A stretch of 64,000 nt of DNA from an uncultured delta proteobacterium (GCA_963711835.1 CAVQFQ010000015.1:108408-172407); one strand, 5' to 3'. Counted from the stretch's first letter, positions 20,711 to 30,996 are shown. The notes: generated from the sequence alone by a model not told the origin. Made by a program: numbers and translations.

Positions 20711-23029
20711 TTAGAATTCCTCAAAACCCTCTTCAAGATCCAAGTCGTTTACACCCGCCGGACCCTCTTGCAGCCTGCCCTTCTTGACCAGATCCTCCCG
20801 CAAAGGTCGTTTCACTGCCGGGGCGATTCCCCTTTTATTCCGGGGTTTAACAGGGGTATGGGTTCCCAAGGACCCGGAATGAAATTCCGGCACCTGGTTT
20901 TCCATCTCCTCGGGAAGGATGAAGCCTTCGGTGGAGATCTGTAAGGCCCCGGCATTCTGGGCCAACATCCGGCTGGACAAGGCCAGTTCGTCAACCAGAG
21001 AGCCATTTTGCTGGACAATATCCTGGAGTTCCAGGAGGGCCTGATTGATTTCTTCGGTGCCTTTAGACTGCTCCTGCGAGGCGACGGCAATATGAGAGAT
21101 ATGGTCCGACAATCTTTCATTTAAGGTCTGGATCTTTTCCAGACTGAGACGGGTATCCCCTACCAATTTATGCACCGAACTGACCTTGTCCAGGCTGTCC
21201 TGGATCAGGGCCTGGATTTCCTTGGCCGCCTCCTGACTGCGGCGGGCCAAATTTCGGACTTCATGGGCCACCACCGCAAAGCCCTTGCCGTGTTCGCCGG
21301 CCCTGGCGGCCTCAATAGCGGCATTGAGTGCCAATAAGTTGGTCTGGAAGGTGATCTCATTAACCAGGGTGATGATTTCCGATATCTTCTGACTGGCCTG
21401 AGAGACCTGATCCATAGAGGAATGGGTTTTTTCCAGGACCTGGTGTCCTTCCTGAGCAAAGCGGACGGCCTCTTTGGCCATCTGCTCGGCCTGCTGGGTA
21501 TTGCCGGCGGTCTGGTTGATGGAAGCCGCCATCTCTTCCATAGTGGCGCTGATTTCCTCCATGGTGCTGGCCTGCTGCTGGGTTCGCTGGGAGAGGTCCT
21601 GGTTCCCGGATGATATCTGGCTGGCCGATTGGGCCACTCCCAGGGCAGCTCCCTTGGTTTGGGCGATCAGTTCACCCATTTTATCAAACATCTCATTGAC
21701 CCGGGAAGAGAGCTGATCCATAAGATCCCCTTTGCCCTCCAGCAGCGCCCGCAGGGAAAGATTTCCTTCAGAAGCTTTTTGAAGGGCCAGGGACAGCTTC
21801 TCAACCCGCTCTTCCAGGTACTTGCGTTGGGCTTCTTCCTTCCGGGCCGATTCCTTAATCTGATTTTCGGCTTCTACGATCTTGGTCGTATCTCGGAAGG
21901 TCTCGAAGGCCCCTAAAATATTCCCTTTGGAGTCTTTAAGGGGGGCGGCAGAGACCATGATGTGCATAACCTTGCCCTGTTTGGTGACGGATGATAGGTT
22001 TATGCCGGTGGTAGCTTCCCCGGTTCGGAGGGCCTTTTTGACCGAACAGTCCGTATCACAGATATCGGACCGAAAGACGTTGTGACATTTCATTTTACCT
22101 TCCACTTCCTCCGGGGAGAAGCCGCTGATCTTGGCCGCTATGGGATTGATATAGGTGATGGTCATCTCGGGATCGACGATAAAGAAAGGATCCGAGATAG
22201 CGAATTTGAGGCTGTTGGCGTATTCCATCTGGTTTTTTAAATTTTGGACCATGCGGTTCAAATGGTCGGCCAGGCGGCCGATGGAATCCTCTCCCTGGGG
22301 AGGGATGGTCACTTCCAGATTGCCTTGGGCGATCTCTTTAGCCCGCTCCCGCAGGGTCCGGATGCGGCGGGTTATAAGGGCGTACATTAGAAAATAGAGG
22401 GTAACAATGATTACCAGAAGCCCGAAGACACCTGAATAGAGTATCCAGCGGCTGGAGGATTGGACGGCCCGGTAATCTTTCTGGATATTTTGGGTGATCA
22501 GGAGGCCGCCGAGTACTTTTATCTTGGGTTCATGGCACTGATGGCAGGCCGGCTCGTTCAGGATCGGCTGAAAGGAAGCGATAAATCGTTTGCCCTTTAA
22601 GGAGGTAAGCTGCCCTCCCGGCAGGGGAGTGCCTTGGGCCAGAGAGGCCTTAATTTTCTGATAGAGGTCGGGGTTGGTGATTACCTCCGAAAGGGGCTTT
22701 TTGAAATTCTCGGGTTCATCGACATAGACGGCTGTTTCGTTGGGATGGAAGATAAATCCATCCAGATTCTGGTTCGTGCTCTGCAGGGCCTCAAATTGCG
22801 TTCGCACCCCATCCATATCCCCTTTGGCCATGGGGTGGCGGATGGAGGCCAGGGTGTTTAAAAGTATGTCGTGGCCAAAGTCGGAGTAGCGGGCGATTAG
22901 CGACTGATAATGGAGACGATTAAAATAGAAGAGCAGCGAACCAACCAGCAACCCGATGGTTATAACCAGCAGAAGCAAGATCTTAAAACGCAGGCTTTTA
23001 CGAAATTTTTTTAGATTCAACCAGCCCAT
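20711..23029 (-). CDS. Methyl-accepting chemotaxis protein with periplasmic CxxCH, HAMP and PAS domains
   Basis: Two TM helices, [40 protein letters not shown]-terminal GFEEF pentapeptide. Confidence 0.93.
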   Translation of the reverse strand: MGWLNLKKFRKSLRFKILLLLVITIGLLVGSLLFYFNRLHYQSLIARYSDFGHDILLNTLASIRHPMAKGDMDGVRTQFEALQSTNQNLDGFIFHPNETAVYVDEPENFKKPLSEVITNPDLYQKIKASLAQGTPLPGGQLTSLKGKRFIASFQPILNEPACHQCHEPKIKVLGGLLITQNIQKDYRAVQSSSRWILYSGVFGLLVIIVTLYFLMYALITRRIRTLRERAKEIAQGNLEVTIPPQGEDSIGRLADHLNRMVQNLKNQMEYANSLKFAISDPFFIVDPEMTITYINPIAAKISGFSPEEVEGKMKCHNVFRSDICDTDCSVKKALRTGEATTGINLSSVTKQGKVMHIMVSAAPLKDSKGNILGAFETFRDTTKIVEAENQIKESARKEEAQRKYLEERVEKLSLALQKASEGNLSLRALLEGKGDLMDQLSSRVNEMFDKMGELIAQTKGAALGVAQSASQISSGNQDLSQRTQQQASTMEEISATMEEMAASINQTAGNTQQAEQMAKEAVRFAQEGHQVLEKTHSSMDQVSQASQKISEIITLVNEITFQTNLLALNAAIEAARAGEHGKGFAVVAHEVRNLARRSQEAAKEIQALIQDSLDKVSSVHKLVGDTRLSLEKIQTLNERLSDHISHIAVASQEQSKGTEEINQALLELQDIVQQNGSLVDELALSSRMLAQNAGALQISTEGFILPEEMENQVPEFHSGSLGTHTPVKPRNKRGIAPAVKRPLREDLVKKGRLQEGPAGVNDLDLEEGFEEF

Positions 23030-23137
23030 TTCATCCCCCTTGATAACGGTTTTTCTAATGTGACAATCATGACAACCTTACGCTATCCCGCATCCTATAT
23101 CTCAGATCCCGGATCCAGGATCTAGGTATTCCAAATC

Positions 23138-25240
23138 CTAATCACCAAAGATCAGGCGATCCAATCCGTAAATATCCAATATCAAACAGACACTGCCATC
23201 GCCCAAAATGGCACCTCCGGAAATACCGGGTATGGAGCGGAAATGACTCTCCAGGCCTTTGATGACCACCTGGCGGGTCTCCAGAATTTGATCGGCCAGG
23301 ACAATAAACCTGCGTCGCTGGCTGTCGAGGACCAAGCCGATCTTATCGGTCTCCCCAATGTTCCCGGCTGTTACTCGTGGCCCGGCCAGATAGTTTTCCA
23401 GAAAAATGACCGGCAAATATTCCCCCTCAAAGGGCAGCAGGGCTTCTTTGGCCTCGATGGTTTTCAGATCACCCTTCCGGATTTTTAAGGCCGCAGCGAT
23501 GGAAGACAAAGGCAGGAGGTAGGCGTCTTGGCCGATCCGGATCCGGAGTCCTTCCAGAATGGACAAGGTCAAGGGTAAACTTAAGGTGATGGTGGTCCCT
23601 TGCTGCGGCTGGGAGACAATGGTAATTGTTCCCCCGAAGCGCTGGATTTGCTCGCGAACCACGTCCATCCCGACCCCACGGCCGGATATCTGGGAGACAA
23701 CTTTAGCCGTGGAAAATCCAGGCAGGAGAATGAAGCGATGCAGTTCAGCCGCGGAAGGACGGGATCCGGGAGTGACGAGTTGGGATTTCAAGGCCTTTTG
23801 ATAGATGGCTTCCTCATCCAGGCCCCGGCCGTCATCTCGAACCTGGATGTAAATGCGGCCTTCCCGTTGAAAGGCCTTCATTCCCAAAGTACCCTGGGGG
23901 AGTTTCCCGGCCACCCGCCGCTCCTCGGCAGGTTCGAGGCCGTGATCGATGGCGTTTCGAATAAGGTGTTTTAAGGGATCGGTGATTTGCTCAATCAGGT
24001 CCTTATCCAGTTCGGTTTCCTCTCCTTCAAATTCGATGCGAATCTCTTTTTCTTGCTCCAGGGCCAAATCCCTGGCCAACCGGTGTAAGCGCTGGAAGGT
24101 TCCGGTCAAAGGAAACATGCGAACCCGCATCACCTGTTCCTGAATCTCTCTCAAGGTTTTTTCCACACCCTCCATTTCTTCCAGTACCAGACGAGAGGAG
24201 AGAGTCTCTGTTTGATTGGCCAAATGAGAAATTCTGGAGAAATTGACGGAGGTTTCCTCCACCAGGTTGGCCAGGAGATCCAATTTCTGGGTAGCCACCC
24301 GGATGGTCGATTTCCGCAGCCAATCCCGGCTTTTCTCCTGATCGCTCAGGAGCTGTGAAAGGGATTGGGCCGAGACCTTGTTTTGATCTACCAGGACCTC
24401 GCCGATCTTTTTCTGGGAGGCCAGGGCCTCCTGTAAATCATGGGAATCGATGTAACCTTCTTTTAGGAGGAGGTCTCCAATCCGTTGGTCCGCCAGAGAA
24501 ACATCAACGCCTTCCGGGAAGTTATCGGTGACCTCTGTTATAGTAATCCGGTGGGAATCCCGGACAAAACAGAAAACATCTTCCAAGCTGGAAAGAGGCT
24601 GACGAGTACGGAAAAGGATTCCCCAGGACAAATATAGGGAAAAGGGATCGATTTCCGCAATCCCCGGAACCCTTGAGAGATCCGTTTCCACCTTGAGGAC
24701 CTCACCCAGCTCCTGAAGTTCCTTAAAAAGCATCAAGGGGTCCTGACCGGAAAAGAAAAGATCTTCTTTAAAGAAGACGGAAATGGTGTAGTATTTCTGA
24801 GGAATTTCCTTTTTGAGACCAGGCAGCGCGGCTTCCGGGGAGGTTTCCTTTATTTCGAGGCCGAGGAAGCGGTTTAATTTTTCCTGTTGTGATTCCAGTT
24901 CAGAAGGTTCAATCGGTTCTTTCCCGTGGAAGGCCCTTTCGACCATAGTTTTCAATAGGGCTTGGCTGTTGAGGAGATGTGAAATCAGGGCGGCGGATGG
25001 AGCCAGCCGACCGCTTCGAAGCCTTTCCAAAAGGTTTTCCAGCAAGTGGGCATATTCCGAGAGGGAGTCGAATCCCACCATGGCCGCACTGCTCTTGAGG
25101 GTATGAATCCCTCGGAAGACCTCCTGAACGAAGGAAGGGTCATGAGGCCGCTCCTCCAGGGCCAAAAGGTTTTTCTCAATGCGCTGGAGCAGCTCCTCGG
25201 CTTCCGAGAAAAAAATCTCTAAGAGTTCTTTGTCTTCCAA
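23138..25240 (-). CDS. cheA: Chemotaxis histidine kinase
   Basis: HPt FRGIHTLKS, HLIRNAIDHGLE, DDGRG, SGRGVGMDVV, C-terminal CheW domain. Confidence 0.95.
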   Translation of the reverse strand: MEDKELLEIFFSEAEELLQRIEKNLLALEERPHDPSFVQEVFRGIHTLKSSAAMVGFDSLSEYAHLLENLLERLRSGRLAPSAALISHLLNSQALLKTMVERAFHGKEPIEPSELESQQEKLNRFLGLEIKETSPEAALPGLKKEIPQKYYTISVFFKEDLFFSGQDPLMLFKELQELGEVLKVETDLSRVPGIAEIDPFSLYLSWGILFRTRQPLSSLEDVFCFVRDSHRITITEVTDNFPEGVDVSLADQRIGDLLLKEGYIDSHDLQEALASQKKIGEVLVDQNKVSAQSLSQLLSDQEKSRDWLRKSTIRVATQKLDLLANLVEETSVNFSRISHLANQTETLSSRLVLEEMEGVEKTLREIQEQVMRVRMFPLTGTFQRLHRLARDLALEQEKEIRIEFEGEETELDKDLIEQITDPLKHLIRNAIDHGLEPAEERRVAGKLPQGTLGMKAFQREGRIYIQVRDDGRGLDEEAIYQKALKSQLVTPGSRPSAAELHRFILLPGFSTAKVVSQISGRGVGMDVVREQIQRFGGTITIVSQPQQGTTITLSLPLTLSILEGLRIRIGQDAYLLPLSSIAAALKIRKGDLKTIEAKEALLPFEGEYLPVIFLENYLAGPRVTAGNIGETDKIGLVLDSQRRRFIVLADQILETRQVVIKGLESHFRSIPGISGGAILGDGSVCLILDIYGLDRLIFGD

Positions 25241-25246
25241 TCTCGT

Positions 25247-25624
25247 CTACCGGATGAATTTTTTAACCACCCAGAGCAACTGCTCCGGTCGGAAGGGTTT
25301 CTCCAGCCAGCCGGCAGCCCCGGCCTTCTTGGCCTCTTCTTTCAGCTCCGGCTGGGTTTCGGTGCTCAGAACCAGCACCGGGATAAAACGAAAGGAAGTG
25401 ACCTTGACCTCTTGGATAAACCGGATCCCGTCCATAACCGGCATATTGATATCAGTTATGATTAAGGATATGGATCGGCCCTCTTCTTTTAAATGCGCCA
25501 GGGCGTCCAAACCCTCTTGGCCGTTTTCCGCTTCAAGGGTCTGGTAACCGGCATTCTGGAGACAGAAACTAAGGGAGGCCCGGAGAGTGGGAGAGTCGTC
25601 TATGATCAAAACAGGTGGGGGCAT
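25247..25624 (-). CDS. cheY: Single-domain response regulator
   Basis: IIDDS, ITDINMPVMDG, GWLEKPF. Confidence 0.88.
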   Translation of the reverse strand: MPPPVLIIDDSPTLRASLSFCLQNAGYQTLEAENGQEGLDALAHLKEEGRSISLIITDINMPVMDGIRFIQEVKVTSFRFIPVLVLSTETQPELKEEAKKAGAAGWLEKPFRPEQLLWVVKKFIR

Positions 25625-25629
25625 ATCGC

Positions 25630-25899
25630 CTAATCCTCCATTTTAAGAAAAGAATGCAGACCCAAAAGTTTCGCCGATTCAAGGATGGCAGGAGGAACTG
25701 CTTCAAATGTAAGGGAATGATTTGCAAGGGATTTCTTAAAGGACAGCAACAATTGAAAGGCCGCTGTATCCAGGTAGGCCAGTTGGTGACAGAAAAGGGT
25801 TACCGGTCCCGATGCCTTGGAGGCAGCCAAAAGCTCCCCATGAAGGCCTTCAATATTTTGGAGGGTAATCTCACCTGCCAGGTTGATGGTAAAGGCCAT
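25630..25899 (-). CDS. STAS domain protein
   Basis: LAGEITL, YLDTAAFQLL; first gene of the che operon. Confidence 0.8.
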   Translation of the reverse strand: MAFTINLAGEITLQNIEGLHGELLAASKASGPVTLFCHQLAYLDTAAFQLLLSFKKSLANHSLTFEAVPPAILESAKLLGLHSFLKMED

Positions 25900-26059
25900 A
25901 GGGGAGTCGCCTTGAAGCTCCTTTCTTTACGGACCGGTGGATCGCTGGTGTTGGGTATCCTCCCTATCTAACACAAAAAAAGAGTAAGTCAATTAAAATA
26001 GAATCAGGCCGGCGGTTGGAAAACATCCGAAAAAACCCATTGACTCCGGCATATCTTTG

Positions 26060-26075
26060 ATGCATATTAATGCAT
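26060..26075 (+). promoter_or_regulatory. Probable vapBC operator palindrome
   Basis: ATGCAT-atta-ATGCAT just upstream of vapB, downstream of a TTGACT -35-like hexamer. Confidence 0.5.
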
Positions 26076-26104
26076 ATAGATCTGAATATGGAATGGGGGC
26101 GGGG

Positions 26105-26302
26105 ATGAGGACGACACTGAACATAAAAGACGAGCTGCTGGAGAAGGCCTCCCGCTTGACCGGCGTTGAGGAAAAAACGGCCCTGGTCATGCTGGGGCTG
26201 GAGGCCCTGATAGCCAAGGAGAGCGCCAAGAGGCTGGCCAAACTGGGAGGTACGGAAAGGCAACTGGCGGGAATTCCGCGCCGGAGATCGGCTGACAAGT
26301 AA
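26105..26302 (+). CDS. vapB: VapB family antitoxin
   Basis: MRTTLNIKDELL...EKTALV...ESAKRLAKLGG; 1 nt before a PIN toxin. Confidence 0.88.
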   Translation: MRTTLNIKDELLEKASRLTGVEEKTALVMLGLEALIAKESAKRLAKLGGTERQLAGIPRRRSADK

Positions 26303-26303
26303 G

Positions 26304-26663
26304 ATGGTCCTGGTTGATACTTCTGTCTGGGTGGCTCATCTCAGGGCAGGGAACATCGGCCTGGAGGGGCTGCTGGCTGAAGGTCGGATCGTCTGCCATC
26401 CCTTCATCATTGGTGAACTGGCCTGCGGGAACCTGAAAAACCGGTCTGAAATCCTGGCGCTGCTTCGGGCTCTGCCTTCGGTTGTCGCCGCAGAACATGA
26501 CGAGGTGATGGGGTTCATTGATGATCGTCGTCTGATGGGAAAAGGGCTGGGTTTGATCGATATGCATCTTCTGGCGTCTGCTGTCCTGAGCGAGGTAAGA
26601 CTTTGGACACTCGACAAGAACCTTTCTCAGGCGGCAAGGCAACTGGGATTGGCCCACTTATAA
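26304..26663 (+). CDS. vapC: VapC PIN-domain toxin
   Basis: VLVDTSVW, GELACG, IDMHLLAS, LWTLDK. Confidence 0.9.
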   Translation: MVLVDTSVWVAHLRAGNIGLEGLLAEGRIVCHPFIIGELACGNLKNRSEILALLRALPSVVAAEHDEVMGFIDDRRLMGKGLGLIDMHLLASAVLSEVRLWTLDKNLSQAARQLGLAHL

Positions 26664-26677
26664 GAACCTCGCACGAT

Positions 26678-29569
26678 ATGGACAAATTCATCAATCAGCT
26701 TAAACGCACTCCCTTGGGGGACCTCATCTGCCACCACGAAAAAATTCCGGCCCGGCCTTCCCACTGGGGGGACCTTTCCTTTCCCCTGCCCCAGGCCCTT
26801 CAACAGGCCCTGATCAAAAAAGGGATCCACAGGCTCTACAGCCATCAGGTGGAGGCCCTGGAAGCCATCCGAAAGGGTGAGCAGGTCATCGTTTCCACAC
26901 CCACAGCCAGCGGCAAGACCCTGATCTATCTCCTGACCAGCCTGCAGCAGATGGTTCAAGATCCTCAGGCCCGGTCCTTATATCTTTTCCCCATCAAGGC
27001 CCTGGAGCAGGATCAGAGAAAGGCCATTGAGGAATGGGGGCCTTTCCTGCCCGTGCCCCGGAAGGCTTTGAGCGCCATCTACGATGGGGATACGCCGGTC
27101 TCCAACAGAAAAAAAATCCGTCAGGAACCGCCCCCCATCGTCATCTCCAATCCCGACATGCTTCACTTGGGCATCCTGCCTTATCACGAACAATGGAAGG
27201 AATTCTTCCAGAACCTGAAAGTGGTCGTCCTGGATGAGGCCCACACCTACAAGGGTATTTTGGGCAGCCATGTGGTCCAGGTTATCCGGCGCTTGCAGCG
27301 CATCTGCAGCCTCTACCGGAGTTCTCCTCAATTTATCCTCTGCTCGGCCACCATCTCTCAGCCGGAGGTCTTTTCCAAGGCCCTGACCGGTCTGTCTTTC
27401 CAGGTGGTCAAGGAAAGCGGCTTCCCCTCTTCGGCCAAACATTTCCTCTTCCTGAATCCGGATATCAGCGCCTCGGTCATCGGGGCCCGGCTCTTTACCT
27501 ATGGTTTGTCCAAAGGTAAAAAGACCATCCTCTTTACTCAGAGCCGGAAGGTCACCGAACTGATCCATACCTGGGTGGAACAGATGGTCCCGACCCTGAA
27601 AGGGAAAATCAGTTCCTACCGGGCCGGATTTTTACCGGAAGAAAGGCGGACCATCGAAAGAAAGCTGGCCTCCGGTGAGCTGCTGGGGGTGATCTCCACC
27701 AGCGCCCTGGAGCTGGGGATCGACATCGGGAGTTTGGATGTCTGCCTCCTGGTCGGCTACCCGGGCAGTGTTATCAATACCTGGCAGCGGGGCGGCCGGG
27801 TAGGACGGACCCAGAGGGAATCGGCCATCATCCTGATCGCTCAACCCGATGCCCTGGACCAGTATTTTATCCGTCACCCCGAGGATTTTTTTGAACGGGG
27901 CTTTGAGACGGCGGTGGTGGACCCGGATAATACCCCGATCCTGAAGGCCCACCTGCCCTGTGCCGCAGCAGAATCGCCTCTTCTTCGGGAGGACCCTTTC
28001 TTCCGGCCCGAGCACCATTTCCGGGAGATTAGAGAACTGGAAAAGGAAGGGCGTCTTTTATTGAGTGCCCGGGGGGAGGAATGGATCTCCTCCAAGCGGA
28101 ATCCTCAGCGGGAGGTGAATATCCGGTCCATCGGAGAGGCCTTTACCATTTTGAGGGGCAAAAAAGGGGAGGTCGTCGGGACCCTGGACCGGCTGCGGGC
28201 CTTTCGCGAATGCCATCCCGGGGCAATTTACCTGCACCGGGCCGAGTCTTATCTGGTGGAAGAGCTGGACCTGTTCGAGAAGAACGTCTATGTCAAAAAA
28301 CAGGAAGCCAATTATTATACCCGGATCGTGGCCCAGAAAGAGACCGAGATCATCGAACAGGAAAAGGTCAGGCCGGTGGGGAATTTTCTGATCCATTTCG
28401 GAAAGATTCTGGTGACCGAGACCTTTACCGGTTATGAGAAAAGGGCCATCCACGGCCAGGAACTCCTGGGCGTCTACCCCCTGGAGTTACCGCCCCAGAC
28501 CTTTGAAACCGAGGGCCTATGGATTGAGATCGAAGATGCCCTTCAGGATCAGATGAAGGCCTTTAACTTTCATACTATGGGCGGGCTCCATGCCTTGGAA
28601 CACGGGGCCATCAGCATTTTTCCGCTTTATGCCCTCTGCGACCGCGGGGATATCGGGGGGATCTGTTACCCGCGCCATCCCCAGGTAGGCAAAGGGGCCA
28701 TTTTTATTTATGACGGCTATGCCGGAGGGGTGGGCCTGTCCCGGAGAGGTTTTGAGATTATTGAAAACCTGTTGCAAAAGACGATCCTGCTGATTTCGGA
28801 ATGCGACTGCGAGGAAGGCTGCCCTTCCTGTATTCATTCCCCCCAGTGCGGTTCGGGAAACAAACCCCTGGACAAACAGGGGGCCCTCTACCTGGCCAAA
28901 CTCCTCCTGGGGCAGACGCCCCTTAAGGCGCCCCGGAAGAAAACCGCTTCCGATGGAGGTGAACCCGAAAAAATCGGCTCCAAGCCTCAGGAAATCAACC
29001 CCCTTCGGTTGGGATTTTTTGATCTGGAAACCCAGCGGCTGGCTGAAGAGGTGGGCGGGTGGGGAAATAAGCACCTGATGCGCCTCTCGGTGGGAGTGGT
29101 CTATGATTCCGGGGATAAAGGTTACCATCATTATCGGGAGGAAGAAGCCGACCGTCTCATCGAGCATCTGAAGCAGTTTGATCTGTTGGTTGGTTTTAAT
29201 ATCAAAAACTTTGATTACGGTGTCTTGAAGGCCTATTCCTCCTTTAATTTTGATTCCCTGCCGACCCTGGATCTGCTGGAGGAGGTTTTTAAGTGTCTGG
29301 GATTTCGCCTGACCTTGGACCATATCGCCCGGAAGACCCTGGGGGCGCCGAAAGGCGGTAATGGACTGCTGGCCGTGCAATGGTTTCGGGAAGGGAATTG
29401 GGAGGAATTGATCCGCTATTGCCGGCAGGATGTGGAGATTACCAAGTCCCTGTTCGAATTCGGTCAGGAAAAAGGTCACCTGCTCTTCGAAAGCAAAGGG
29501 GGCCAGGTAGTTCGCTGTCCGGTGGATTGGAGCCCGAAACGGATTGAAAGCTTTCTAAAAGGACGGTGA
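26678..29569 (+). CDS. DEAH-box helicase with DUF1998 (MrfA/YprA/SftH-like) fused to a YprB/RNase_H_2-like exonuclease
   Basis: TPTASGKT, DEAH, SAT, QRGGRVGR, CDCEEGCPSC; C-terminal FFDLET, GFN..FD, YCRQDV. Confidence 0.9.
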   Translation: MDKFINQLKRTPLGDLICHHEKIPARPSHWGDLSFPLPQALQQALIKKGIHRLYSHQVEALEAIRKGEQVIVSTPTASGKTLIYLLTSLQQMVQDPQARSLYLFPIKALEQDQRKAIEEWGPFLPVPRKALSAIYDGDTPVSNRKKIRQEPPPIVISNPDMLHLGILPYHEQWKEFFQNLKVVVLDEAHTYKGILGSHVVQVIRRLQRICSLYRSSPQFILCSATISQPEVFSKALTGLSFQVVKESGFPSSAKHFLFLNPDISASVIGARLFTYGLSKGKKTILFTQSRKVTELIHTWVEQMVPTLKGKISSYRAGFLPEERRTIERKLASGELLGVISTSALELGIDIGSLDVCLLVGYPGSVINTWQRGGRVGRTQRESAIILIAQPDALDQYFIRHPEDFFERGFETAVVDPDNTPILKAHLPCAAAESPLLREDPFFRPEHHFREIRELEKEGRLLLSARGEEWISSKRNPQREVNIRSIGEAFTILRGKKGEVVGTLDRLRAFRECHPGAIYLHRAESYLVEELDLFEKNVYVKKQEANYYTRIVAQKETEIIEQEKVRPVGNFLIHFGKILVTETFTGYEKRAIHGQELLGVYPLELPPQTFETEGLWIEIEDALQDQMKAFNFHTMGGLHALEHGAISIFPLYALCDRGDIGGICYPRHPQVGKGAIFIYDGYAGGVGLSRRGFEIIENLLQKTILLISECDCEEGCPSCIHSPQCGSGNKPLDKQGALYLAKLLLGQTPLKAPRKKTASDGGEPEKIGSKPQEINPLRLGFFDLETQRLAEEVGGWGNKHLMRLSVGVVYDSGDKGYHHYREEEADRLIEHLKQFDLLVGFNIKNFDYGVLKAYSSFNFDSLPTLDLLEEVFKCLGFRLTLDHIARKTLGAPKGGNGLLAVQWFREGNWEELIRYCRQDVEITKSLFEFGQEKGHLLFESKGGQVVRCPVDWSPKRIESFLKGR

Positions 29570-29647
29570 GGAGGCTGTTATTAGCCGCATACCCACCCTG
29601 TTCAGCCTTTGTCTGTGGCAAAATAATTATTTTGGAGGGTGTACGCG

Positions 29648-30031
29648 ATGCCGATTTATGAATATGAATGCCTGGATTGCCGTAAAAGGTCATCCTTCCT
29701 GATCATGAACCTGGAGCGGGAGCTCTCGGAGTTGCGCTGCAAAAAATGTCAAGGTCCCAACTTGACCCGGGTCGTTTCCAGAGTCAATGTCATCAAATCC
29801 GAAGAAGCCAGAATGGAGAGCCTGGCCGATCCTTCCAAATTGGGGGGCCTGGATGAAAACGATCCCAAAAGCATGGCCCGCTGGATGAAAAAAATGGGCC
29901 AGGAGATGGGCGAGGAATTCGGCGGCGAGGACTTCGACCAAATGGTGGACGAAGCCATGCAAGGCGAGGGAAAGGGTGAAGGGATCGGAGGAGAAGAAGG
30001 CGGCGCTTCGGATTATGGGGATGATTTATAG
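29648..30031 (+). CDS. FmdB family zinc-ribbon protein
   Basis: MPIYEYECLDC...CKKCQG; acidic tail. Confidence 0.85.
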   Translation: MPIYEYECLDCRKRSSFLIMNLERELSELRCKKCQGPNLTRVVSRVNVIKSEEARMESLADPSKLGGLDENDPKSMARWMKKMGQEMGEEFGGEDFDQMVDEAMQGEGKGEGIGGEEGGASDYGDDL

Positions 30032-30168
30032 AAGGGCCAGGCATTATCGTGCAAAAAGAGACTTATTAAAAGCCTGAATCCATTCGGTATGAATTCGTGA
30101 CTCACTCAAGCGACGTCCTGCACCAACGTCCCGGTTCTTGTCCGGAGCGAGGCTGAAAGGAGAACTCA

Positions 30169-30732
30169 ATGGAAAAGATCGAAGTGACTGCAGAGCGGCT
30201 CTATTACCCCATGCCCTGTTCGTTGGTAGGGGCGAACGTGGGGGGGAAGGCAAATTACCTCACGGTGGCCTGGTTCACCATGGTAAATCCCAAACCGGCC
30301 TACCTAATGGTGGCCATGAACAAGGACCACTACACCAATTCGGGCATCACTGAGAACGGGACCTTCAGTGTCAACATTCCTTCAACAAACATGGCGGAGA
30401 AAGTAGACTACTGCGGGATCGTATCGGGCCGGAAATATGACAAATCGGCCATCTTCGAGACCTTCTACGGAAAGCTGAAAACGGCGCCGATGGTCAAGGA
30501 GTGCCCTTTCAGTGTTGAGTGCAAGCTTATCCAGACCGTTGAGCTGCCCATGGAACAGCTCTTTATCGGGGAGATCGTTGCCGCTTACTCGGAGGACCAG
30601 TACCTTACCGATGGGGCCCCCGATATGGCCAAGATAAATCCAATCTTGCTTATCCAACCGCGGAAAATGTACGCCGCCGTGGGACCCGATGTGGCTCCGG
30701 CCTGGGAAATAGGCAAGAAGCTTATTAAGTAG
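30169..30732 (+). CDS. Flavin reductase family protein (flavoredoxin-like)
   Basis: YPMPCSLVGA, FSVNIP, DYCGIVSG, APMVKECP. Confidence 0.88.
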   Translation: MEKIEVTAERLYYPMPCSLVGANVGGKANYLTVAWFTMVNPKPAYLMVAMNKDHYTNSGITENGTFSVNIPSTNMAEKVDYCGIVSGRKYDKSAIFETFYGKLKTAPMVKECPFSVECKLIQTVELPMEQLFIGEIVAAYSEDQYLTDGAPDMAKINPILLIQPRKMYAAVGPDVAPAWEIGKKLIK

Positions 30733-30755
30733 GACCGATACAAGTAACCGGTACC

Positions 30756-30996
30756 GACTGGGATTCTCAGGAAATGCCCAACTTTTTGAACAGGTCTTCA
30801 GAATCTTTGCAAACCATGAAGTCCTTTCCGGCATCGGTCTTTTCAAAGGTCCTCAAGGTGGTCTCATTAGGAATGACTACATCGAAAGGAGGTCCTTGGC
30901 GCAAGGCAGTTTGGCGGTAGAAAAGAGCAATGGCCTGTGGGCCGACAAACCCAGTTTCCCGAGCAAATCTTCGGCCTCCTTTTTTAGCTCCGGCTC
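30756..30996 (-). pseudogene. Decayed partial copy of the dinJ antitoxin gene
   Basis: Near-identical to 38285-38526, lacks the 5' end and carries a small deletion. Confidence 0.8.

Noticed and set aside
28517-29479. Long antisense ORFs (e.g. 28517-29479, 31632-32471, 34218-34991, 12277-13017)
   Set aside because: They are shadows of well-supported genes on the opposite strand in GC-rich DNA and show no motifs.
26678-29569. Helicase as part of a DISARM/Druantia-type defence system
   Set aside because: No methylase or other partner genes nearby; the architecture fits MrfA/MrfB-type repair better.
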